A DNA stretch of 64,000 nt from Octopus vulgaris. Its lineage: Eukaryota. The stretch lies in assembly GCA_951406725.2 (NCBI GenBank), contig OX597826.1, positions 69,688,001-69,752,000 of the forward strand. The letters are read 5' to 3'. Shown here in pieces: positions 27,386 through 40,735 of the stretch. A program made the translations under genes and the position numbers. Positions within the stretch are counted from its first letter, which is position 1. Each line of letters opens with the position of its first letter. The notes under the pieces were generated by a model, which was not told where the DNA came from, did no database searches, and worked only from the letters and a program-made list of their open reading frames with translations.

Positions 27386-27649
27386 AACGAACAAAAATAC
27401 TCTGTTGTTGATGATGAGATTCCAATGAAGGAGTCTTGGATCTCAGAAAGCAACTCTTTCTCTATTGACAAGAAATCTTTACATAAAACTTAAAAACTTG
27501 TGTAGTAAGAAGATTGCTTCCCAACCACATGGTTCCACATGGTCGGGTAAGATATAATTATTTATTCTTCATACCGATCTAATTCCGAAACGCGCGTACG
27601 TGGGTAACCTAATATCGATTGATTTTCGTTATATTACCCACCAACAAAA

Positions 27650-30600
27650 TCGACCAACCAACCTACCAGTCAACCAACCGACAAACCAACCAACCAACCA
27701 GCTAACAAACCGACCAGCCAACCCATGACCAATTGACTGCCCATGACCAACTGACAAACCAACCAACCAGCCAACCCATCACCAACCGTCAAACCAATCA
27801 AACAGCCAACCCATGACCAACCGACAAACCAACCAACCAGCCTGCCCATGACCAACTGACAAACCAACCAACCAGCCCACCCATGACCAACCGACAAACC
27901 AACCAACCAGCCCACCCATCACCAACCGACAAACCAACCAACCAGCCAACCCATGACCAACCGACAAACCAACCAACCAGCCAACCCATGACCAGCCAAC
28001 AAACCAACCAACCAGCCAACCCATCACCAACCGTCAAACCAACAAAACAGCCAATCCATGACCAACCGACAAACCAACCAACCAGCCCACCCATGACCAA
28101 CCGACAAACCAACCAACCAGCAAACCCATCACCAACCGACAAACCAACCAACCAGCCAACCCATGACCAACCGACAAACCAACCAGCCAGCCAACCCATG
28201 ACCAACCGACAAACCAACCAACCAGCCAACCCATCACCAACCGACAAACCAACCAACCAGCCCAACCATGACCAACCGACAAACCAACCAACCAGCCAAC
28301 CCATGACCAACCGACAAACCAACCAACCAGCCAACCCATGACCAACCGACAAACCAACCAACCAGCCCAACCCCTGACCAACCGACAAACCAACCAACCA
28401 GCCCAACCATGACCAACCGACAAACCAACCAACCTGCCAACCCATGACCAACCGACAAACCAACCAACAAGCCAACCCATGACCAACCGACAAACCAACC
28501 AACCAGCCCACCCATCACCAACCGACAAACCAACCAACCAGCCAACCCATCACCAACCGACAAACCAACCAACCAGCCAACCCATCACCAACCGACAAAC
28601 CAACCAGCCAACCCATCACCAACCGACAACCAAGAAATCAGCCCGCCCGTGACCAACCGACAAACCAACCAACCTGCCAACCCATGACCAACCGACAAAC
28701 CAACCAAACAGCCAACCCATGACCAACCGACAAACCAACCAACCTGCCAACCCATGACCAACCGACAAACCAACCAACCAGCCAACCCCTGACCAACCGA
28801 CAAACCAACCAACCTGCCAACCCATGACCAGCCGACAAACCAACCAAACAGCCAACCCATGACCAACCGACAAACCAACCAACCTGCCAACCCATGACCA
28901 ACCGACAAACCAACCAACCAGCCAACCCATCACCAACCGACAAACCAACCAACCAGCCAACCCATGACCAACCGACAAACCAACCAACCTGCCAACCCAT
29001 GACCAACCGACAAACCAACCAAACAGCCAACCCATGACCAACCGACAAACCAACCAACCAGCCAACCCATGACCAACCGACAAACCAATCAACCAGCCAA
29101 CCCATCACCAACCGACAAACCAACCAACCTGCCAACCCATGACCAACCGACAAACCAACCAACCTGCAACCCATGACCAACCGACAAACAACCAACCAGC
29201 CTGCCCATGACCAACCTGACAAACCAACCAACCAGCCAACCCATCACCAACCGACAAACCAACCAACCAGCCCACCCATGACCAACCGACAAACCAACCA
29301 ACCAGCCTCCCCATGACCAACCGACAAACCAACCAACCAGCCCGCCCATGACCAACCGACAAACCAACCAACCAGCCCAACCCATCACCAACCGACAAAC
29401 CAACCAACCAGCCCACCCATGACCAACCGACAAACCAACCAACCAGCCCACCCATGACCAACCGACAAACCAACCAACCAGCCCACCCATCACCAACCGA
29501 CAAACCAACCAACCAGCCCACCCATGACCAACCGACAAACCAACCAACCAGCCAACCCATCACCAACCGACAAACCAACCAACCAGCCCACCCATGACCA
29601 ACCGACAAACCAACCAACCAGCCCACCCGTGACCAACCGACAAACCAACCAACCAGCCCACCCATGACCAACCGACAAACCAACCAACCAGCCAACCCAT
29701 CACCAACCGACAAACCAACCAACCAGCCCAACCATGACCAACCGACAAACCAACCAACCAGCCAACCCATGACCAACCGACAAACCAACCAACCAGCCAA
29801 CCCATCACCAACCGACAAACCAACCAACCTGCCAACCCATGACCAACCGACAAACCAACCAAACAGCCAACCCATGACCAACCGACAAACCAACCAACCT
29901 GCCATGACCAACCGACAAACCAACCAACCAGCCAACCCCTGACCAACCGACAAACCAACCAACCTGCCAACCTATGACCAGCCGACAAACCAACCAACCT
30001 GCCAACCCATGACCAACCGACAAACCAACCAACCAGCCAACCCATGACCAACCGACAAACCAACCAACCAGCCCACCCATCACCAACCGACAAACCAACC
30101 AACCAGCCAACCCATCACCAACCGACAAACCAACCAACCAGCCAACCCATGACCAACCGACAAACCAACCAACCAGCCAACCCATCACCAACCGACAAAC
30201 CAACCAACCAGCCTGCCCATGACCAACCGACAAACCAACCAACCTGCCAACCCATGACCAACCGACAAACCAGCCAACCAGCCAACCAGCCAACCCATGA
30301 CCAACCGACAAACCAACCAACCTGCCAACCCATGACCAACCGACAAACCAACCAACCAGCCAACCCATGACCAACCGACAAACCAACCAACCTGCCAACC
30401 TATGACCAACCGACAAACCAGCCAACCAGCCAACCAGCCAACCCATGACCAACCGACAAACCAACCAACCTGCCAACCCATGACCAACCGACAAACCAAC
30501 CAACCAGCCAACCCATCACCAACCGACAAACCAACCAACCTGCCAACCCATGACCAACCGACAAACCAACCAACCTGCCAACCCATGACCAACCGACAAA

Positions 30601-32285
30601 CCAACCAACCAGCCAACCCATGACCAACCGACAAACCAACCAACCAGCCAACCCATGACCAACCGACAAACCAACCAACCAGCCCAACCCATCACCAACC
30701 GACAAACCAACCAACCAGCCAACCCATGACCAACCGACAAACCAACCAACCTGCAACCCATGACCAACCGACAAACAACCAACCAGCCTGCCCATGACCA
30801 ACTGACAAACCAACCAACCAGCCAACCCATCACCAACCGACAAACCAACCAACCAGCCCACCCATGACCAACCGACAAACCAACCAACCAGCCTCCCCAT
30901 GACCAACCGACAAACCAACCAACCAGCCCGCCCATGACCAACCGACAAACCAACCAACCAGCCAACCCATCACCAACCGACAAACCAACCAACCAGCCTG
31001 CCCATGACCAACCGACAAACCAACCAACCAGCCCACCCATGACCAACCGACAAACCAACCAACCAGCCAACCCATCACCAACCGACAAACCAACCAACCA
31101 GCCCAACCATGACCAACCGACAAACCAACCAACCAGCCCACCTATGACCAACCGACAAACCAACCAACCAGCCCACCCATGACCAACCGACAAACCAACC
31201 AACCAGCCCACCCGTGACCAACCGACAAACCAACCAACCAGCCCACCCATGACCAACCGACAAACCAACCAACCAGCCAACCCATGACCAACCGACAAAC
31301 CAACCAACCTGCCAACCCATCACCAACCGACAAACCAACCAACCAGCCCACCCATGACCAACCGACAAACCAACCAACCAGCCCACCCACGACCAACCGA
31401 CAAACCAACCAACCAGCCAACCCATGACCAACCGACAAACCAACCAACCTGCCAACCCATGACCAACCGACAAACCAACCAACCAGGCAACCCATGACCA
31501 ACCGACAAACCAACCAACCTGCCAACCCATGACCAACCGACAAACCAACCAACCAGCCAACCCATGACCAACCGACAAACCAACCAACCAGGCAACCCAT
31601 GACCAACCGACAAACCAACCAACCAGCCAACCCATGACCAACCGACAAACCAACCAATCTGCAACCCATGACCAACCGACAAACCAACCAACCAGCCCAC
31701 CGTTGACCAACCGACAAACCAACCAACCAGCCAACCCATGACCAACCGACAAACCAACCAACCTGCAACCCATGACCAACCGACAAACCAACCAACCAGC
31801 CAACCCATGACCAACCGACAAACCAACCAACCTGCCAACCCATGACCAACCGACAAACCAACCAACCGGCCCACCCATGACCAACCGACAAACCAACCAA
31901 CCAGGCAACCCATGACCAACCGACAAACCAACCAACCTGCCAACCCATGACCAACCGACAAACCAACCAACCAGCAAACCCATCACCAACCGACAAACCA
32001 ACCAACCTGCCAACCCATGACCAACCGACAAACCAACCAACCAGCCCACCCATCACCAACCGACAAACCAACCAACCAGCCCACCCATGACCAACCGACA
32101 AACCAACCAACCAGCCCACCCATGACCAACCGACAAACCAACCAACCTGCCAACCCATGACCAACCGACAAACCAACCAACCAGCCCACCCATGACCAAC
32201 CGACAAACCAACAAACCAACCAACCTGCCAACCCATGACCAACCGACAAACCAGCCTACCAGCCAACTAGCCTGTCAACCAACTC
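27650..32285. repeat. 35-bp satellite ACCAACCGACAAACCAACCAACCAGCCAACCCATG, about 130 copies
   Basis: Unit length counted directly; variation concentrated in the CAG/CTG-CCAACCC-ATG/ATC segment. Confidence 0.97.
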
Positions 32286-32377
32286 TTGTGTTTGCTGTTA
32301 TTCTTATATAAATGTCACTGGATGTCTTCGATTAGGCTTTCGATTAACCTGTTCGATTAGGCTTTCATGAGGGTTGG

Positions 32378-32415
<38 letters not shown>

Positions 32416-32664
32416 AACAACAGCAACAAAATATATTTAATACGAGCGATTTTCTCTAGAATTAGGAACCAGGCGTCGTTCGAGTGTGTATGGCAGAGGC
32501 ATTGTGAAATAGCAGCAACATGTCGGGAAGAAGAAGACTTCTCACTTAAAATTTAATACAGGGTCTTTCGTAAACCTCAATCTCTGGTGCTGGGGTCGGA
32601 GGTGGGGTGGGGGTCTTCGATATTGCTGACATCTCTTCTCTTTTACCTGCTGCAATACAATGAA

Positions 32665-34325
32665 GGTTGTTGTTGGTGGTGGTGGTGGTGTTGTTTGAGA
32701 TAGTAGTGCTGGTGGTGGTAATGGTTGTAGTTGTGGTGGTGGTTATGGTAGTAGTTGTGGTGGTGGTGGTGTATGAGATAGTAGTGGTGATGGTTGTAGT
32801 TGTGATGGTGGTTATGGTAGTGATGGTAGTAGTGCTGGTGGTGGTGGTGTTTGAGATAGTAGTTGTGATGGTGGTGGTAATGGTTGTAGTTGTGGTGGTG
32901 GTCATGTTAGTGGTGGTAGTAGTGCTGGTGCTGGTGGTGGTGGTGTTTGAGATATTAGTGGTGATGGTGGTGGTAATGGTTATAGTTGTGGTGGTGGTTA
33001 TGGTAGTAGTTGGTGGTGGTGGTGGTGGTAATGGTTGTAGTTGTGGTGGTGGTCATGGTAGTGGCGGTAGTAGTGCTGGTGGTGGTAATGGTTGTAGTTG
33101 TGGTGGTGGTCATGTTAGTGGTGGTAGTAGTGCTGCTGGTGGTGGTGGTGGTGTTTGAGATATTAGTGGTGATGGTGGTGGTAATGGTTATAGTTGTGGT
33201 GGTGGTTATGGTAGTAGTTGTGGTGGTGGTGGTGTATGAGATAGTAGTGGTGATGGTTGTAGTTGTGGTGGTGGTCATGGTAGTGGCGGTAGTAGTGCTG
33301 GTGGTGGTAATGGTTGTAGTTGTGGTGGTGGTCATGTTAGTGGTGGTAGTAGTGCTGCTGGTGGTGGTGGTGGTGTTTGAGATATTAGTGGTGATGGTGG
33401 TGGTAATGGTTATAGTTGTGGTGGTGGTTATGGTAGTAGTTGTGGTGGTGGTGGTGTATGAGATAGTAGTGGTGATGGTTGTAGTTGTGGTGGTGGTCAT
33501 GGTAGTGATGGTAGTAGTGCTGGTGGTGGTGGTGTTTGAGATAGTAGTTGTGATGGTGGTGGTAATGGTTGTAGTTGTGGTGGTGGTCATGTTAGTGGTG
33601 GTAGTAGTGCTGCTGGTGGTGGTGGTGGTGTTTGAGATATTAGTGGTGATGGTGGTGGTAATGGTTATAGTTGTGGTGGTGGTTATGGTAGTAGTTGTGG
33701 TGGTGATGGTGATGGCAATGGTTGTAGTTGTGGTGGTGGTCATGGTAGTGATGGTAGTAGTACTGGTGATGGTGGTGTTTGAGATAGTAGTGGTAATGGT
33801 GGTAGTATTGGTAATTGTTGTGGTGGTGGTCATGGTAGTGTTGGTAGTTGCGCTGGTGGTGATGGTGGCGTTTGAGATAGTAGTGGTGATGGTGATGGTG
33901 GTGTTTGAGATAGTAGTGGTGATGATGGTGGTAATGGTTGTAGTTGTGGTGGTGGTCATGTTAGTGGTGGTAGTAGTACTGGTGGTGGTGGTGGTGTTTG
34001 AGATAGTAGTGGTGATGGTTGTATTTGTGGTGGTGGCCATGGTAGTGATGGTAGTAGTACTGGTGGTGGTGGTGTTTGAGATAGTAGTGGTAATGGTGGT
34101 AGTATTGGTAATTGTTGTGGTGGTGGTCATGGTAGTGTTGATAGTTGTGCTGGTGGTGATGGTGATGGCAATGGTTGTAGTTGTGGTGGTGGTCATGGTA
34201 GTAGTGCTGGTGGTGGTGGTGTTTGAGATAGTAATGGTGATGGTTGTAATTGTGGTGGTGGTCATGGTAGTGGTTGTAGTGTTGATGGTGGTGGTAATGG
34301 TTGTAGTTTTGGTGGTGGTGGTTGT
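32665..34325. repeat. Compound (GGT/GTA/GAT) minisatellite with TTTGAGATA landmarks and a 222-bp block repeat
   Basis: gtgtttgagatattagtggtgatgg at 33151 and 33373 with matching intervening sequence. Confidence 0.9.
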
Positions 34326-34799
34326 GTATACCTTCGACGTCTGCCCAAACCAAACAATTCTTTTTTTCTGCAGCCATTTCTCCGTTCTTTTTTTCTCATT
34401 TTTTTTTCTTTTTCTATTTTCAGACATATTGCCTCTGAGATATAACGAAGATTCGATTCATATCGAAGTCAATTTTAATATTTGATTTACAAGGGCCCAA
34501 ATCAGTGGTTCCCAACAGAAGTTAATTTGACAGTTGGAGGTCCATGTAAGATTGCTTTAAGATATCTCTGCCATCGGTTCAGGCGTAGTCGTGTGGTAAG
34601 AACATTGCTTCCCAACCACATGGTTCCACGTTCAGTCCCACAGCGTAGGATCATCGGCAAGTGTGTTCTACTATAGCCGACCCACCGACCAACCAGCCAA
34701 CCATCCAGCCAACCGACAAACCAACCAACCAGCCGACTCCATTTCCTTTACTTTCTTCATTAACTTGAATTTAGGTTAGAAACCGGCTCTTTCTCTATT

Positions 34800-35191
34800 C
34801 TTTTACTTGTTTCAGTCATTTAACTGCGGCCATGCTGGAGCACCGCCTTTGGTCGAGCAAATCGACCCCGGGACTTATTCCTTGTAAGCCCAGTACTTAT
34901 TCTATCGGTCTCTTTTGCCGAACCGCTAAGTGACGTAAACACACCAGCATCGGTTGTCAAGCAATGCTAGGGGGACAAACACACACACACAAACATATAC
35001 ACACACATATATATATATATATATACATATATACGATAGGCTTCTTTCAGTTTCCGTCTACCAAATCCACTCACAAGGCATTGGTCGGCCCGAGGCTATA
35101 GCAGAAGACACTTGCCCAAGATGCCACGCAGTGGGACTGAACCCGGAACCATATGGTTGGTTAGCAAGCTACTTACCACACAGCCACTCCT
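34800..35191 (-). mobile_element. SINE family A, full length
   Basis: Near-consensus; flanked by ctatt on both sides. Confidence 0.9.
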
Positions 35192-35816
35192 ATTGCAAGA
35201 AATCTTGAAATAAAACCGAACAAGACATACATAAATACATAATGATTGCCTCATCTTCTCACATTGATCCTAATTTTTCTCGTTACTTTTCATAGTTTCA
35301 TGTGCGCGGATATGACTTTGCATGTCGCCATGCACCATCGCCATAAAACTTTGTGATATACAAAGCGGTTGAAATCATTGCATTTAAGTGACGAAAGCTT
35401 GTACAACACTTTTACCACTTTGCCGGAGGACATAGCAAGTTCTAGTCATCTTGCAATAAGCATTGAAAGATGACTGATACTAATTTGATTGAGAGGTTGC
35501 TTCTGTCAGAGGATTTTTCTAGGGCAAGAACTACCTCCGCCCCGGGTTTTTCAAAAATGACGGGAACCTCCACTACCTCTGGGAACTCTATTTAACCCGT
35601 AGATACTACCATTACGAGTCAGAACGCTCCTGGGAATACTGGTAATTGAGGGGTGACTCCGCGCTCTCCCACAACTCAAGAACTCCTAAATCGAAAACTC
35701 CCCACTGGTTGCATTTACATGTGATACCAAGGAGAACATGTATACATGGACACACATACACACATACATAAATAAATATATACATAATGAATAAATAAAT
35801 AATAAACAAATAGCTA

Positions 35817-36009
35817 CAGGAGTGGCTGTGTGGTAAGTTGCTTGCTTACCAGCCACATGGTTCCGGGTTCAGTCCCACTGCGTGGCAACTTGAGCAAGTG
35901 TTTTCTACTATAGCCTCGAGCCGACCAAAGCCTTGTGAGTGGATTTGGTAGACAGAAACTGAAAGAAGCCCGTCGCATATATGTATATGTATATATGTAT
36001 AAGTATATA

Positions 36010-36064
<55 letters not shown>

Positions 36065-36232
36065 TTGTGTGTCTGTTTGTCCCCCCTCCAACATCACTTG
36101 GCAACCGATGGGGATGTATTTACGTCTCCGTAACTTAACGGTTCGGCAAAAGAGACCGATAGAATAAGTACTTGGCTTACAAATAATAAGTCCAGGGGTC
36201 GATTTGCTCGACTAAAGGCGGTGCTCCAGCAT
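35817..36232 (+). mobile_element. SINE family A
   Basis: caggagtggctgtgtggtaag...ggcggtgctccagcatg. Confidence 0.9.
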
Positions 36233-36305
36233 GAACACAGCCATATATTGGAGAAAGAAAACGTCTATGAATGATAAATAGTTTGCAAATCCACTACCGT
36301 GATAT

Positions 36306-36612
36306 TTGTTTTGTTCCTTCTCAAGCCATGCCTGGCTCATTAGGGCCGGTTTTCCCGGTTTCCTTGGCGTATAGGTTCCCCACCTGGACGCGACGCCGGT
36401 CCGTCGCAGGTGAGCTTCAAGATGCAGGAGGAAAGAGTGAGAGAAAGTCGTGGCGAAAGAGTCAGCAGAAGTTTCGCCATTACCTTCTGCCGGAGCCGCG
36501 TGGAGCTTAGGAGTTTCGCTCATAAACACACACATCGCCCGGTCTGAGATTCGAACAGACGTTCCCTCGACCGCGAGTCCACTGCTCTAACCACTAGGCC
36601 ATGTGCCTCCAC
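36306..36612 (-). mobile_element. SINE family C, subfamily 2
   Basis: Head gtggaggcacatggcctagtggttagagcagtggactcgcgg; closely matches 51739-52047. Confidence 0.85.
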
Positions 36613-36614
36613 AC

Positions 36615-36785
36615 TGCTGTGATATACTTTCAGTTTTACATTATTATTGAAGGAACAGGGCAGGAACTTGAGCAAGGTATGGCTGAACTTGGGGTTCTTT
36701 GAGAAAGAATGCAAAACGTTAGAAATGATCGCGATATCTGGGACTATAAAGAACTGCAAGACCTTCTTAATATTTAAGGGATGAT
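36615..36785 (+). pseudogene. C-terminal remnant of an RLE-type non-LTR retrotransposon ORF
   Basis: Reads NLGFFEKECKTLEMIAISGTIKNCKTFLIFKG*, resembling the LGF...GT.K.CKTFL.F terminus recalled from R4/NeSL-like elements. Confidence 0.5.
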
Positions 36786-37204
36786 GAACCAAAGAAGATG
36801 CTTTCTTCCACAATCTTGCTACTAAGCAGCAAGCTAGTCGAAATTAACTTCTAAATTGAAAAGAGAAAAAGAAAATGTACCTACATACAAAGGCACGGGT
36901 ATAGATTTGGTGATAAGTTCATTTCACAAAGAAAATCGTTCTGGGCCCCAGCACAAAGGATAACGTGTGTGTGTGTGTGTGTGTGTGTTTGTTGTTTGCA
37001 TTTGTCCATCAGTGTGTGGTTACGCATGCAGGTGGAACCCGGCTTTGTGTCTCCTTTTGTATAGTATAGCTTAGTGATTCGTTAAGGAAGGATAGGATAA
37101 CTATGATAGTGAAACAGTTCTGGGGGTCGATCTGATTGTCTAAAATCTTTGAACGTGGTGCCCACACATGACCGTAGTCCAGTGATTATAACCAGCAGCA
37201 GAAT

Positions 37205-37705
37205 ATAAGAAATATATAAATATAAAATTATAAATACAAATATAAATATATGTATATGTATATATATATATATTTAATATATCCTATGTATGCATAATGT
37301 AAATGCATGTATATCCGTATGTATATATATACATACATACATACATACATATACATATATATATATATATATTTATAAAATATATATATATATATATTTA
37401 TAAAATATATATATATACATATATACATATATAAACATACATATATATATATACATGCATATATATATACATATATATATATATACATACATACACACAC
37501 ACACACACAAAAAAAAAATATATATATATATACAGACATGTATATAGTTGTAAATATTCATACACATTTACATGTGTTTGTATGTGTGCGTGTACGTGTG
37601 AGTGTGTGTGTCTGTGTCTGTGTATAGCATGTGTATGTATGTGTATATATGTCATGTGTATGTATGCGCGTGTGTATAACATAGATATCTAGACATATAT
37701 ATAAC
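37205..37705. repeat. (TA)n/(CA)n/(TG)n microsatellite field
   Basis: Directly visible. Confidence 0.9.
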
Positions 37706-38371
37706 ATGTGGGTGGGTGGGTCGGGAGTGAGTGAGTGTGGAGGGGGGAGGGATGTGTATTCCACTGAAACGAAAAGGAACGAAAAATGTCGAATCAGATG
37801 GCGGAACGAAGAAAAAAAAAGAAAACTCAAAACAACAACAGCAACAACAACAACAAAAATAAAACAGAAAATCAGAGAAAAAAAAACCAACCCATACAAT
37901 AAAATAAATCCATGTTTGGTTTTGTTCCGCTGGTTTTTGGTAAAAAAATCAAAATCAACTACATCTTCAAAACCAGCTCCGACCGCCACGCCAACGCCAA
38001 CGCCACCGACCACCGCCCACCGCCGCCGCCATCGTCGTCGTCTCACATCAAACGCTATGATAATATGATTATATCATTGCAACGTTAGTTACTAGATTCG
38101 ATATCTAACTAATACATAAATATGTCTATATATTCGGTACATCACGAAAAACGTAAGAGAGAGAGGGGGAGATAGAGAGAGCGAGAGAGAGGGGGCGAGA
38201 GAGAGAGAGAGGAGAGGGGGAAGAAACGGCCGTAGTGAAATGAATTCGTTTGGCGAAAGTTTTGAGTTAAGCCGCTGATTAGCTGTAATCTTACGTGAAT
38301 GGCTCATAAGTCCTGGTTTAGGTATCAATCAAGCCTTACTAACCTAAGTAGCGTTGTTATATGAGCGAGAC

Positions 38372-38736
38372 GAAGGGAGGAAGGTGGGAAGGAAGGAAGG
38401 AAGGAAGGAGGGAAGGAAGGAAGGAAGGAAGGAAGAAAGAAAGGAAGGAAGGAAGGAAGATTGGAAGGAAGGAGGAGGTGGTGGAGGAGGAGGAAGTGGA
38501 GGAGGAGAAGGAGGGGAGGCTAGAAGAAGAAGAAGGAGAAGAAGAAGAAGAAAAAGAAGGAGAATAATAATAAGAAGAAGAAGAAGGAGAAGAAGAAGAA
38601 GAAGAAGAAGAAGAAGGAGAAGAAGAAGAAGAAGAAGAAGGAGGAGGAGAAGAAGAAGAAGAAGAAGAAGAAGAAGGAGAAGAAGAAGAAGAAGAAGAAG
38701 AAGAAGAAGAAGAAGAAGAAGAAGAAGAAGAATGAG

Positions 38737-38769
<33 letters not shown>

Positions 38770-38796
38770 AAGAAGACGAAGAAGAAGAAGAATGAG

Positions 38797-38829
<33 letters not shown>

Positions 38830-38927
38830 AAGACGAAGAAGAAGAAGACGAAGAAGAAGAAGAAAGTGGGAGAGGAAGAAGATGAAGAAGAAGAAGAAGA
38901 AAGTGGGAGAGGAAGAAGATGAAGAGG
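38372..38927. repeat. (GGAA)n and long (GAA)n tract
   Basis: Directly visible. Confidence 0.95.
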
Positions 38928-39315
38928 AGTATACTGTAAATAAGAAGATAAAGATTGACAGGATGAAGGGGAATGGTTATCTGCTGACAGGTTCCGCTGC
39001 CAAACTCATGGAACCGTAGATTGAAACCCATTGTCGGAATTTCATCACCACTGACGCCGTTGTTTCTCCTAAATTCTTATTGCTGCTGTTGTTCATGCTG
39101 TTGTCGTTGTTGTCTGCTGTTGGTGGTGGTAGTAGTGGTAGTAGTGGTGGTGGTGGTGGTGGTGGTGGTGGTGGTGGTGGTGATGATGGTAGTGTTTATG
39201 TTCCAAATCAGCCCCAATTGAACAGATATACAATATTATGAAAGCAGTTCAAGATGTGACCCTCTTGTCCTTGTTTCTTTTCTTTCTAAGGAATAGTGCA
39301 TCTAGGACTACATTA

Positions 39316-39927
39316 TCCAATGTGATATTCTTTGCTAACTGTTATTTACACCACGATCAACCCAAATCTTGCAGAACTATGAACAAGTGCGGTCTGTCTG
39401 TAACTACCCGCTCCTTTTTCATTCAAGCATAATGTATCTAAAAAAAAAATAATAATAAATGCGCCCTTTTCAAGCCTAGCCAGGATCATGGGCCCAGTTT
39501 CCCGGTTTCTATGGCATATGTGTTCCCCAGCTGGACGAGACGCCAGTCGATCGCAGCGTTACTCCTTTTTGCCAGCTGAGTGGACTGGAGCAACGTGAAA
39601 TGAAGTGCTTTGCTCAAGAACACAACGCGTCGCCCGGTCCAGGAATCGAAACTACAATCTTACGATCATGATACTGACACCCTAACTACTAAGCCATCCA
39701 ATGTGTTGTTCTTTAATAACTGTTATTTAGACTACGATAAACCCAAATCTTGCAGAACTATGAACAAGTGCGATCTAGTTGTAACTATCTGCTTCTTTTT
39801 TTCATTCAGTCATAATGTGTTATTCTTTGTTAACTGTTATTTAGACTACGGTCAACCCAAATTTTACAGAATTATTAAGAAACGTTGCTTAGCGGTAACT
39901 CAGTACTCCTTTTTATTCAGACATAAC
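39316..39927. repeat. About 120-bp unit x3, interrupted by a SINE
   Basis: taactgttattta..c.acg.t.aacccaaat.tt.cagaa recurs near 39336, 39717 and 39831. Confidence 0.8.
39458..39696 (-). mobile_element. Chimeric SINE (D-type head/core, C-type tail)
   Basis: C tail gcgcccttttcaagcctagccagg...cgcagcgttact fused to D core ttttgccagctgagtggactggagcaacgtgaaa. Confidence 0.75.
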
Positions 39928-40170
39928 CAGTGGCGTATAGCAGTTGGTATCATTGGGTGTGCCACCACACTAACTATACTATGACTAACATTAGTTTTAG
40001 TTTAGGAATGTTCAATTAATTTAAACGTGCAGCTTCTCGCCACGAAAACGAACCGTACTGTCAAAGCTGTCGCACATCCTTCGCCATTAATTTTATATTA
40101 TTCCCACATTATCTTACGATATGCCCGGCACCATACTAGGATACAATTTGCTGTGATGTATGCAGTGTTA

Positions 40171-40735
40171 TTGGGTTGTCCGGAAAGTTCGTGCCGATTT
40201 ATAGTAGCTTACCTTTCGTCTTATTTTAGAACATGGTTGAGTCCATAAAATAGGATTTGACTACACCTCCATTTACAGTACAGTTTAAGCTATCTTTTCG
40301 TGGAAGAAGGCTTATGTTCCTATAACCTGTGTTAATTCTGTAACCCTTTAAAATGGAAGATAAGAAAGTTCATTTTCGGCACTTGATGCTTTGGGAACCA
40401 GACAAAAATTGCTGCAGCTTGGCTGGATGTGTTACCCCACCCTCCATATTCACCAGATATTGCTCCTTTGGATTACCACTTATTCAGGTCTCTGCAGAAT
40501 AGTCTTAATTGTAAAAATTTCAATTCCTTGGATGACGTAAAAAGATACCTTTATGAATTCTTTGCCATGAAACCACCTCAATTCTGGGAAGAGGGTATTT
40601 TCAAGTTAAAGGAAAGATGGAGACGCATTGTGCAACAAAATGGTTCATATTTGGTTGATTAAAAATATAAGGGCAAGTATTTATTGACCTTTTTATTTCC
40701 TTTAAAAATCGGCACGAACTTTCCGGACAACCCAA
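40171..40735 (+). mobile_element. Internally deleted mariner transposon, 565 bp
   Basis: Perfect TIR ttgggttgtccggaaagttcgtgccgatttt, TA TSD; N-terminal MEDKKVHFRHLMLW at 40353 fused to the C-terminal catalytic end. Confidence 0.95.
40429..40662 (+). pseudogene. Mariner transposase C-terminal fragment
   Basis: LPHPPYSPDIAPLDYHLFRSLQNSL...GIFKLKERWRRIVQQNGSY, the YSPDLAP.D motif of mariner DD34D transposases. Confidence 0.92.

Noticed and set aside
27575-27605. ccGAAACGCGCGTA hammerhead 3' half
   Set aside because: The upstream CUGANGA core is absent.
27650-32285. 35-bp array as a CRISPR array, or the W/G/V-rich ORFs as proteins
   Set aside because: Units are contiguous with no unique spacers and no cas genes. 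A period of 35 is not a multiple of 3, so the same peptide cycles through all frames.
35590-35735. Possible RTE/RTEX-derived fragment
   Set aside because: Resemblance is from memory only, highly diverged, and single-copy in the window.
38354-39019. Poly-Arg protamine-like ORF
   Set aside because: It is a (GAA)n microsatellite, open on both strands.
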